This document shows positions 9,899 to 16,984 of a DNA stretch of 32,000 nucleotides, piece after piece; within the stretch, counting starts at the first letter, position 1; every line of letters begins with the position of its first letter. The notes beneath the pieces were generated by a model. The model was not told the DNA's origin and made no database searches. It was given only the letters and a program-made list of their open reading frames with translations. The DNA is from Longivirga aurantiaca (GTDB lineage Bacteria > Actinomycetota > Actinomycetes > S36-B12 > CAIYMF01): NCBI RefSeq assembly GCF_042660085.1, contig NZ_JBHSTI010000008.1:90001-122000 (forward strand). The letters run 5' to 3'. Made by a program: the position numbers and the translations under genes.

Positions 9899-10192
9899 CC
9901 TCTCGGACCCGGACCCCTCGGGGTGGGAGGTCGCCGAGACCGGCCCCTCCGCGCCGCCCAGGCCTGCCGGCCGGGTGCCCGAGGCAGGCCCCGGCCTGGT
10001 CGGTGGTGACGACCGGTCGGGCCCCCGTCCGAGCCCCGCGAGGGACCGTCCGGGGGCCCGGTTCACCGAGGGCGTAACGGCCGGAGGAACGTCCTGTGCG
10101 CCAGGAGGGTTCTGCGGAGGTGAGCCCTGGGGATACCCGGGCTAGGCTTGCGAGAACGGCCGTGACGCGGCCGCTCGTGGTGAGGAGTGCAG

Positions 10193-12742
10193 ATGTTCGA
10201 GAGGTTCACCGACCGGGCTCGCCGGGTCGTCGTCCTGGCCCAGGAAGAGGCCCGGATGCTCAACCACAACTACATCGGCACGGAGCACATCCTGCTCGGC
10301 CTCATCCACGAGGGCGAAGGGGTGGCTGCCAAGGCGCTCGAGTCCCTCGGGATCTCGCTCGAGGCCGTGCGCCAGCAGGTCGAGGAGATCATCGGCCAGG
10401 GCCAGCAGGCCCCGTCCGGCCACATCCCCTTCACCCCGCGCGCCAAGAAGGTGCTCGAGCTGTCCCTGCGCGAGGCGCTGCAGCTCGGCCACAACTACAT
10501 CGGCACCGAGCACATCCTGCTCGGCCTCATCCGTGAGGGCGAGGGTGTCGCCGCCCAGGTGCTCGTGAAGCTCGGCGCCGACCTCAACCGTGTCCGCCAG
10601 CAGGTCATCCAGCTGCTGTCGGGCTACCAGGGCAAGGAGCCCCAGCAGGCCGCCGGCCCGCAGGAGGGCACGCCCTCGACCTCTCTCGTCCTCGACCAGT
10701 TCGGCCGCAACCTCACCCAGGCGGCCCGCGAGGGAAAGCTCGACCCGGTCATCGGGCGCGAGAAGGAGATCGAGCGGGTCATGCAGGTGCTGTCCCGCCG
10801 CACCAAGAACAACCCCGTGCTCATCGGTGAGCCCGGCGTCGGCAAGACCGCGGTCGTCGAGGGCCTGTCCCAGATGATCGTCAAGGGCGAGGTGCCCGAG
10901 ACGCTCAAGGACAAGCAGCTCTACACGCTCGACCTCGGTGCCCTCGTCGCCGGCAGCCGCTACCGCGGTGACTTCGAGGAGCGCCTCAAGAAGGTGCTCA
11001 AGGAGATCCGCACGCGCGGCGACATCATCCTGTTCATCGACGAGATGCACACGCTCGTCGGCGCGGGTGCGGCCGAGGGCGCGATCGACGCGGCCTCGAT
11101 CCTCAAGCCGATGCTCGCCCGCGGCGAGCTCCAGACCATCGGTGCCACCACCCTCGACGAGTACCGCAAGTACGTCGAGAAGGACGCCGCGCTCGAGCGC
11201 CGGTTCCAGCCGATCCAGGTGCAGGAGCCGACGCTGGCCCACACCATCGAGATCCTCAAGGGCCTGCGCGACCGCTACGAGTCGCACCACCGCGTCTCGA
11301 TCACCGACGCCGCGCTCGTCGCGGCCGCCACCCTGGCCGACCGCTACATCAGCGACCGGTTCCTCCCGGACAAGGCGATCGACCTCATCGACGAGGCGGG
11401 CTCGCGCCTGCGCATCCGTCGGATGACGGCGCCGCCGGACCTCCGCGAGTTCGACGAGCGCATCGCCGACGTCCGCCGCGAGAAGGAGAGCGCGATCGAC
11501 GCGCAGGACTTCGAGAAGGCTGCCTCGCTCCGCGACAAGGAGAAGCAGCTGCTCGGCGAGAAGGCCACGCGCGAGCGCGAGTGGAAGGCCGGCGACATGG
11601 ACGTCGTGGCCGAGGTCGACGAGGACCTCGTCGCCGAGGTCCTGGCCGCGTCCACCGGCATCCCGGTCTTCAAGCTGACCGAGGAGGAGAGCCAGCGCCT
11701 CATCCGCATGGAGGACGAGCTCCACAAGCGCGTGATCGGCCAGGAGCAGGCGATCAAGTCGCTGTCCCAGGCGATCCGCCGTACGCGCGCCGGCCTCAAG
11801 GACCCGAAGCGTCCCGGCGGCTCGTTCATCTTCGCCGGGCCCTCGGGCGTCGGTAAGACCGAGCTGTCCAAGACCCTGGCGGAGTTCCTGTTCGGCGACG
11901 AGGACTCGCTGATCTCGCTCGACATGAGCGAGTTCTCCGAGAAGCACACGGTCTCGCGCCTGTTCGGCTCGCCGCCCGGGTACGTCGGCTACGAGGAGGG
12001 CGGCCAGCTCACCGAGAAGGTGCGCCGCAAGCCGTTCTCGGTCGTGCTCTTCGACGAGGTCGAGAAGGCGCACCCGGACATCTTCAACTCGCTGCTGCAG
12101 ATCCTGGAGGACGGTCGCCTGACCGACTCGCAGGGCCGGGTCGTCGACTTCAAGAACACCGTCATCATCATGACGACCAACCTCGGCACGAGGGACATCT
12201 CCAAGGGCCAGGGCCTCGGCTTCTCCAACGCCGACGACACCAAGTCGTCGTACGAGCGGATGAAGCAGAAGGTCAACGACGAGCTCAAGCAGCACTTCCG
12301 GCCCGAGTTCCTCAACCGCGTCGACGACATCGTCGTGTTCCACCAGCTCACCCAGGACGAGATCGTCACGATCGTCGACCTCATGGTGGCCAAGCTCGAC
12401 CAGCGTCTGCGCGACAAGGACATGGGGATCGAGCTGACCCGTGCGGCCAAGGACCTCCTTGCCGAGCGGGGCTACGACCCCGTCCTCGGTGCGCGTCCGC
12501 TGCGCCGCACGATCCAGCGCGAGATCGAGGACGCGCTCTCGGAGAAGATCCTCTTCGGCGAGCTGCGTCCGGGCTCGATCGTGGTGGTCGACGTCGAGGG
12601 CGAGGGCGCCGAGCGGCAGTTCAACTTCCGCGGCGAGCTCAAGACCGAGGTGCCGACCATCGACGACATCGTCGAGGCCGTCGGAGCCGGCGGGCCCGAG
12701 GAGCCCCCGGCCGCCCCGGCCTCCGGCGACGTCCCCGCCTAG
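10193..12742 (+). CDS. clpC1: ATP-dependent Clp protease ATP-binding subunit ClpC1
   Basis: Start ATG 10193 ([13 protein letters not shown]), with GAGGAG ending 5 nt upstream. It has two Clp_N repeats, Walker A motifs GEPGVGKT and GPSGVGKT, and a UVR-like middle region ([18 protein letters not shown]). Length is 849 aa. Confidence 0.96.
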   Translation: MFERFTDRARRVVVLAQEEARMLNHNYIGTEHILLGLIHEGEGVAAKALESLGISLEAVRQQVEEIIGQGQQAPSGHIPFTPRAKKVLELSLREALQLGHNYIGTEHILLGLIREGEGVAAQVLVKLGADLNRVRQQVIQLLSGYQGKEPQQAAGPQEGTPSTSLVLDQFGRNLTQAAREGKLDPVIGREKEIERVMQVLSRRTKNNPVLIGEPGVGKTAVVEGLSQMIVKGEVPETLKDKQLYTLDLGALVAGSRYRGDFEERLKKVLKEIRTRGDIILFIDEMHTLVGAGAAEGAIDAASILKPMLARGELQTIGATTLDEYRKYVEKDAALERRFQPIQVQEPTLAHTIEILKGLRDRYESHHRVSITDAALVAAATLADRYISDRFLPDKAIDLIDEAGSRLRIRRMTAPPDLREFDERIADVRREKESAIDAQDFEKAASLRDKEKQLLGEKATREREWKAGDMDVVAEVDEDLVAEVLAASTGIPVFKLTEEESQRLIRMEDELHKRVIGQEQAIKSLSQAIRRTRAGLKDPKRPGGSFIFAGPSGVGKTELSKTLAEFLFGDEDSLISLDMSEFSEKHTVSRLFGSPPGYVGYEEGGQLTEKVRRKPFSVVLFDEVEKAHPDIFNSLLQILEDGRLTDSQGRVVDFKNTVIIMTTNLGTRDISKGQGLGFSNADDTKSSYERMKQKVNDELKQHFRPEFLNRVDDIVVFHQLTQDEIVTIVDLMVAKLDQRLRDKDMGIELTRAAKDLLAERGYDPVLGARPLRRTIQREIEDALSEKILFGELRPGSIVVVDVEGEGAERQFNFRGELKTEVPTIDDIVEAVGAGGPEEPPAAPASGDVPA

Positions 12743-12762
12743 CACCACCGCACGCACCACCG

Positions 12763-12796
12763 CCGAGGGCGGCACCCACCCGGGTGCCGCCCTCGG
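12763..12796 (+). terminator. clpC1 terminator hairpin
   Basis: Perfect 15-bp stem CCGAGGGCGGCACCC (12763-12777) / GGGTGCCGCCCTCGG (12782-12796) with a 4-nt loop. It starts 21 nt after the clpC1 stop. A single T follows and there is no U-tract. Confidence 0.6.
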
Positions 12797-12797
12797 T

Positions 12798-12868
12798 CGT
12801 GTGCGATGAAGCGTGTGCGATGAAGGCGACCTTCATCCAATAGAGCCGAACAACTCCTCCCATCACCG
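12798..12868 (+). repeat. Intergenic repeat family, copy A (short form)
   Basis: A 14-nt tandem duplication CGTGTGCGATGAAG x2 (12798-12811, 12812-12825) leads into the 8-3-8 palindrome GATGAAGG-CGA-CCTTCATC (12819-12837). The 3' box CAATAGAGCCGAACAA and CTCCTCCCATCAC follow. The 35-nt core is identical to copy B. Confidence 0.85.
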
Positions 12869-13043
12869 GTGTGGCACTGCACGCCGTGGCGCAGAACGAC
12901 GGAAGCCGGCGCCGGGTCCTGCCCGTCGCCGCACCTCGTCCAGGCGCCCGACGCGGCGATGCAGCGGCACGGGCCACGCCGGGCACGGAATCGGCGAGAC
13001 TGGCCGGGGATCCCGGTGGGCGGCGTACGGCGAGGAGGCGGCG

Positions 13044-14309
13044 GTGGGGGCGTACGTCGACGGCCTGCTCACCCCCGCGCGGGTGCGCGTCGCGGCATGG
13101 GTCGTGGTCGGGCTGTGCGTCGTGGCCGCGGTGCTCAACGTCGTGCTCGGCGACCTGCCCGGGACGGCGATCGGTACGACGTTCCTGCCCGACTGGTTCG
13201 CGCACTGGACCGGCGGCCGCATGCTGCTCGACGGTCGCGCGTCCGAGCTCTACGACCCGGCCGCGCAGCAGGCGTTGCAGGACTCGGTGACAGGTGGACT
13301 ACCGGTCCTCGCGTGGTTCGTCGCGCCGCCCGTCGCGGCGCTGGTGTACGCGCCGTTCGCCGCGCTCCCGTACGTCGCCAGCGGTGTCGTCTGGGCCGCG
13401 GTCACCATCGCGCTCCTCGTCGCCAGCGCCGCGCTCCTGCGCCCGCTGCTGCCGACGTACACGGACCGGCAGTGGCGGCTCGCACTGCTCTGCGTGGCGG
13501 CGAGCCAGCCGGTGCTCGAGCTCGTCTGCGGCGGCCAGGACTCAGCGCTCCTGCTCCTGGTCTGGGTCGCCGGCCTCCGGCTGCTGCACGCGCACCGCGA
13601 CCTCGCCGCCGGCGCCGTGCTCGCGCTGGGCCTGGTGAAGCCCCAGCTGTTCGTGCTCGTCCCGCTCGTGCTGCTCGTGCAGCGGCGCTGGTCGGCGCTC
13701 GGCGCCTGGGTCGCCGCCACCCTCGCGCTGGTCGGCGCGTCCCTGGCCGTCGACGGCATCGACGGCAACCGCGCGTGGGTCGAGGCGCTCACCTCCGACC
13801 GCTACCACGAGGTCGTGCAGCTGGGCCAGAGCTGGATGATGCACGGCATCCCGTCGGCGCTGGTGTCGCTGCTGCCGTCGTCGTACGCCGGTGCCGCGCA
13901 GCTGGTCGGCCTCGCCCTCGGCGCGGTGCTCGTGGTGGCGCTGCTCCTCGTCGTACGCCGCACCCCGGAGGCGACGGTCTCCGCGACGTGGGCGCTCGTC
14001 GCGCTCACGACCGTGCTCCTGACGCCGCACATCCTCAGCTACGACCTCGTGCTGCTGATCCCCGCCGTCCTGCACCTCGCGCGCGGCGGTGGCACCCGCA
14101 CGACCCGGCTCTCGCTGCTGGCGCTCTTCCTCCTCACCTGGACGGCGTGGCCGAGGCACGAGCTCGCCGCGCTCTCGCCCTGGCTCGGCTGGATCGGCGT
14201 CTCCTGGGCGGTCGTGCCGCTCCTCGTCCTCTGGCGCGAGGCGTACCGCGACCTCGCCGCTGCGAGCACCGACGCGGACGCCACCACGGAGTCGGCGCGA
14301 GCCGCCTGA
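13044..14309 (+). CDS. Polytopic membrane protein, DUF2029/GT87-like (putative GT-C polyprenol-phosphate-sugar dependent glycosyltransferase)
   Basis: ORF 12813..14309 is trimmed to GTG 13044 (GAGGAGG 5 nt upstream), because the 5' extension runs through an intergenic repeat. It is very hydrophobic with many predicted TM segments. The early loop DWFAHWTGGRMLLDGRASELYDP followed by FVAPPVAALVYAPFAALP resembles DUF2029 proteins. The family call is from memory only. Confidence 0.55.
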   Translation: MGAYVDGLLTPARVRVAAWVVVGLCVVAAVLNVVLGDLPGTAIGTTFLPDWFAHWTGGRMLLDGRASELYDPAAQQALQDSVTGGLPVLAWFVAPPVAALVYAPFAALPYVASGVVWAAVTIALLVASAALLRPLLPTYTDRQWRLALLCVAASQPVLELVCGGQDSALLLLVWVAGLRLLHAHRDLAAGAVLALGLVKPQLFVLVPLVLLVQRRWSALGAWVAATLALVGASLAVDGIDGNRAWVEALTSDRYHEVVQLGQSWMMHGIPSALVSLLPSSYAGAAQLVGLALGAVLVVALLLVVRRTPEATVSATWALVALTTVLLTPHILSYDLVLLIPAVLHLARGGGTRTTRLSLLALFLLTWTAWPRHELAALSPWLGWIGVSWAVVPLLVLWREAYRDLAAASTDADATTESARAA

Positions 14310-14406
14310 CCGAGCAGTCCGAACGGCCCCATGCCGACGCGGTCGGCTCGGCCCTTCCTCCGGACGTGTTTCTCTGCCCACGGCCGGACGCAGAGCGGGG
14401 ACCGCC

Positions 14407-14462
14407 CAGCGGGCCAGCGGGCCAGCGGGCTATCGGGCAAGCGGGCGAGCAGGGCGAGCGGG
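14407..14462 (+). repeat. 8-nt tandem microsatellite (NAGCGGGC)n forming regularly spaced GGG runs
   Basis: The units are CAGCGGGC x3, TATCGGGC and AAGCGGGC, then degenerate GAGCAGGG/CGAGCGGG units. It lies in the convergent GT87-like/GyrI-like intergenic region. Confidence 0.8.
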
Positions 14463-14463
14463 A

Positions 14464-14931
14464 TCAGCGGCAGGGGGCGGTGAGGATCGTGCGGTGGGGG
14501 TCGGCCTCGGGGCCGTCGAGGTAGGTCTCCCACGGGTCGCCCGCGCGCTCGAGGGCGTGCTCGGCGAAGAACGCCTCGACCGCGGCGTACGCCTCGCCGA
14601 GCTCCTGCCACCGGCCGACGTGCACGGCCACGACGGCGTCGCCGCCCGGCAGCTCCACCCGCTCGACCGGGCCCGAGCCCTCGAAGCCCGGCGGGCACGG
14701 GAAGCCGGCCTCGAGCGCGAAGACCTGCGCGGCGCCCGAGGCGTCCATCGCGCCCAGGGCGTAGCGGATGACCGGCGCGCCGACGGGGCCGAGGCCCTGG
14801 GCACCCAGCGCCGCCACGACGTCGCCGTACGCCGCCCCCACGAACGCACCGATCTCCTCGGGGCGCGCGGTGCCGCGCACCGCCGCCGCGGGCTGGGGCT
14901 GGAGGCGCTCGACGCCGATGCTCTCGATCAC
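14464..14931 (-). CDS. GyrI-like small-molecule-binding domain protein
   Basis: This is the C-terminal part of track ORF 14464..15843. Start GTG 14931 overlaps the mutY stop (GTGA). The sequence VIESIGVERLQPQPAAAVRG...VHVGRWQELGEAYAAVEAFFAEHALERAGDPWETYLDGPE is typical of GyrI/SOUL-like effector-binding domains. Confidence 0.7.
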   Translation of the reverse strand: MIESIGVERLQPQPAAAVRGTARPEEIGAFVGAAYGDVVAALGAQGLGPVGAPVIRYALGAMDASGAAQVFALEAGFPCPPGFEGSGPVERVELPGGDAVVAVHVGRWQELGEAYAAVEAFFAEHALERAGDPWETYLDGPEADPHRTILTAPCR

Positions 14932-15824
14932 GCGTCGATCGTTCCACCGACGCCCGGCAGGCGGTAGCGGCCGTTGGCCAGCGGCTCGGCGAGGCCGTCC
15001 GCCACCAGGCCGTCCAGGGCTCGCTCGCGCTGGACGGCGTCGTCCCAGACGGCGTCGAGCGCAGGCTTCGGCACGGGCGCGTGCGCCTCGCGCAGCACGG
15101 CCATCAGCCGTCCGCGCACCTGGCGGTCGGTGCCCGCGAACTTCTGCACGGGCCGCTCCGGGCCGTCGTACGCCGGCTTCCCGAGCGCGACCCAGGTGCA
15201 GGTGGCCGACACGGGGCAGGCCCCGCAGGAGGGCGACGCCGCGGTGCAGACGAGCGCGCCGAGCTCCATCACGGCCACCGACCAGAGCGCCGCCTCGCGG
15301 TCGAGGTCGGGCAGCACGGATGCGGCGAGGGCCCGCTCGGCGGCGTTGATCGTGGGCCGGGGGTGCTCGCTGCCCGTGAGGAGCCGGGCGAGGACGCGGC
15401 GCACGTTGGTGTCGAGCACGACCGCGCGCCGACCGAACGCGAACGACTCGAGGGCGGCGGACGTGTAGTCGCCGACGCCGGGCAGCGAGCGCAGCTGCTC
15501 GGGCTCGTGGGGCACCTCGCCGCCGAAGCGCAGCACGCAGGCCTGGGCGGCCTCGTGCAGCCGGAGCGCGCGGCGCGGGTAGCCGAGGCGGCCCCAGGCG
15601 CGCACGACCTCGCCCGGGGGCTCGGCGGCCAGCGCCGCCGGGGTGGGCCAGCGCCGCATCCACTCGAGCCACACGGGGAGCACCCGGTCGACCGGCGTCT
15701 GCTGCAGCATGACCTCGCTCACGAGGACGCCCCAGGGGGTGCGGTCGGCCGCCCGCCACGGCAGGTCGCGGGACGACGCGGCGTACCAGGCCAGCAGCGG
15801 AGCGTGCAGGTGCGAGGGCGGCAT
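14928..15824 (-). CDS. mutY: A/G-specific adenine DNA glycosylase MutY
   Basis: LLAWYAASSRDLPWR and VMLQQTPVDRV are present, with an HhH-GPD element LPGVGDYTSAA. The 4Fe-4S ligand pattern C-x6-C-x2-C-x5-C is CTAASPSCGACPVSATC. ATG 15824 is preferred over GTG 15857. Confidence 0.9.
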   Translation of the reverse strand: MPPSHLHAPLLAWYAASSRDLPWRAADRTPWGVLVSEVMLQQTPVDRVLPVWLEWMRRWPTPAALAAEPPGEVVRAWGRLGYPRRALRLHEAAQACVLRFGGEVPHEPEQLRSLPGVGDYTSAALESFAFGRRAVVLDTNVRRVLARLLTGSEHPRPTINAAERALAASVLPDLDREAALWSVAVMELGALVCTAASPSCGACPVSATCTWVALGKPAYDGPERPVQKFAGTDRQVRGRLMAVLREAHAPVPKPALDAVWDDAVQRERALDGLVADGLAEPLANGRYRLPGVGGTIDA

Positions 15825-15884
15825 GACCCGCGCATCCTCGCACCCAGCCGCGCGCACGGCAGGCGGCCAGGTAGCGTCGCCCCC

Positions 15885-16529
15885 GTGAGCACGCTGCTGC
15901 GCCCTGTCGGGTCCAAGCCGCCCGGCACCTACTGGGTGCGCCGTGCCCTCGTCCTCCTGATCGTGCTCGCCCTGGTCCTCGGAATCCGGCAGCTCTTCTT
16001 CAGCGGCGGCTCCGCGTCCACCGCGGCCCCCGAGCCGACCGGGTCGTCCTCTGCCGAGCCCGACCCGAACGGCAGCGCATCCCCCTCCACGAGCGCCTCG
16101 CCGAAGCCGTCGTCGAGCGCCAGCTCCGGCATCGGGCCGTGCAAGAACAACCAGATCCAGGTGACGTCCTCGACCGACGCGGCGTCCTACCAGGTCGGCG
16201 CCACGCCGCAGCTGCGCATGCGGATCAAGAACATCTCGAAGTCCGCCTGCCAGCGCGATGTCGGCAGCAAGAACAACGAGCTCGTCATCACCTCGGGCAG
16301 CGCCCGCGTGTGGTCGTCGGACGACTGCAACACCGGCGGCAGCGCGCAGGTCGTGACCCTGCAGCCCGGCCAGAGCTACTCCGTGAACGTCACCTGGCTC
16401 GGGCGTCTCTCGCAGAAGGGGTGCCCGCCCGACCAGCCCATCGCAGACGCCGGCACCTACAAGCTCGTCGGCCGCAACGGCGACGTCAGCTCGGACGGCG
16501 CCGTCTTCTCCCTCACCAAGTCCGCCTGA
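15885..16529 (+). CDS. Membrane-anchored secreted protein (N-terminal TM helix, Ser/Pro-rich linker, 4-Cys beta-rich domain); occupies the position of Rv3587c in the conserved block
   Basis: This is the in-frame distal part of ORF 15081..16529, starting at GTG 15885 (VSTLLRPVGSKPPGTYWVRRALVLLIVLALVLGI = TM anchor). It continues with an S/P-rich linker and a domain with Cys pairs (PCKNN...SACQRD...SSDDCNTG...KGCPPD). It is divergent from mutY. Function is unknown. Confidence 0.65.
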   Translation: MSTLLRPVGSKPPGTYWVRRALVLLIVLALVLGIRQLFFSGGSASTAAPEPTGSSSAEPDPNGSASPSTSASPKPSSSASSGIGPCKNNQIQVTSSTDAASYQVGATPQLRMRIKNISKSACQRDVGSKNNELVITSGSARVWSSDDCNTGGSAQVVTLQPGQSYSVNVTWLGRLSQKGCPPDQPIADAGTYKLVGRNGDVSSDGAVFSLTKSA

Positions 16530-16534
16530 GCACG

Positions 16535-16789
16535 ATGGGGCACAGCCACCGGTCCTGGCGCTCGGAGCGCTCGATCCTGTCGATCGCGTCCACGGGATCC
16601 GTGCTCTCCATCGCCTCGACCGGGTCGGTGCTCTCGATCGGGTCGATCGGGTCGGCCCTGTCGGTCGGGTCGATCGGCTCCGTCCTTAGCCTCTGCTCGA
16701 TCCTGTCGGCAGGCTCGAGCTTCTCCGCGCTGTCGTACCGGTCGTACAAGGCGGCCCTGGCAGCGCACGCGGGCCGCTCGAGCGCCTGA
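16535..16789 (+). CDS. Small (84 aa) serine-periodic repeat protein, (S-x-x)23; function unknown
   Basis: ATG 16535 lies 6 nt after the previous stop. By hand count, about 81 of 85 codons end in G or C. Ser occurs at every third residue from residue 4 to residue 70 and is encoded by both TCN and AGC codons, which argues for selection on the protein. See findings. There is no strong SD, and an antisense frame shares the same third-codon positions, so the coding status is not certain. Confidence 0.5.
   Translation: MGHSHRSWRSERSILSIASTGSVLSIASTGSVLSIGSIGSALSVGSIGSVLSLCSILSAGSSFSALSYRSYKAALAAHAGRSSA
16568..16735 (+). repeat. In-frame 27-nt (9-aa) tandem repeats inside the small Ser-periodic ORF
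   Basis: The units encode RSILSIAST / GSVLSIAST / GSVLSIGSI / GSALSVGSI / GSVLSLCSI, followed by degenerate LSAGSSFSA and LS. TCGATC recurs six times. Confidence 0.8.
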
Positions 16790-16984
16790 TCAGGGCGTCG
16801 CCCCCGACATCCGCCAGGCGCTGGCGCCCGTCGTCGGGCAGCCCCTCGCGGGCCGGGCCGGGCGCGGTCCGGGGGCCGAGTTCCTTCCCCCGTACGGGTC
16901 AAGGACCTGCGACTTCCTGACGATGCCTCCCTCAGAGGACCGGGACGACCGGTTCCGCGAGGCTGCGCAGCGGGAGGGGGTCGC

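Noticed and set aside
9899-10066. 56-codon N-terminal extension of the SpeE-like membrane protein from GTG 10066.
   Set aside because: GC3 is fairly high, so it cannot be fully excluded. However, the sequence is Gly/Pro/Ser/Arg-rich, no SD precedes GTG 10066, and the ATG pair at 9898/9889 has a GAGAGGA motif and immediately precedes the first TM segment. The extension is kept as an alternative start only.
10067-10192. Looked for a ClgR-type palindromic operator or other known regulatory motif upstream of clpC1.
   Set aside because: I could not find a convincing inverted repeat or motif by eye. Only the SD (GAGGAG) is clear.
10142-12775. 877-aa antisense ORF covering all of clpC1.
   Set aside because: This is a shadow ORF. 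The product has no recognisable domain, whereas the plus-strand frame is an unmistakable ClpC1 with both Walker A motifs.
12820-12843. Seven-codon mini-ORF ATG AAG GCG ACC TTC ATC CAA TAG (MKATFIQ*) embedded in the palindrome of repeat copies A and B (also at 23533..23556). It could be a leader peptide.
   Set aside because: It is identical in A and B only because the DNA is identical, and there is no SD in front. In the long-form copies C and D the hairpin insertion changes the reading frame and the peptide continues into unrelated sequence. The conserved unit is therefore the nucleic-acid element, not the peptide.
12813-13043. The 5' extension of the GT87-like ORF (start 12813 in the ORF track), giving a 498-aa protein.
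   Set aside because: The extension begins inside repeat copy A, encodes Arg/Pro/Gly-rich non-membrane sequence and lacks an SD. GTG 13044 has GAGGAGG 5 nt upstream and starts just before the first hydrophobic segment.
16568-16735. Possible CRISPR-like array, because of regularly repeated 27-nt units.
   Set aside because: The units are contiguous with no spacers, degenerate at wobble-like positions and in frame with an ORF. No cas genes are present in the window.
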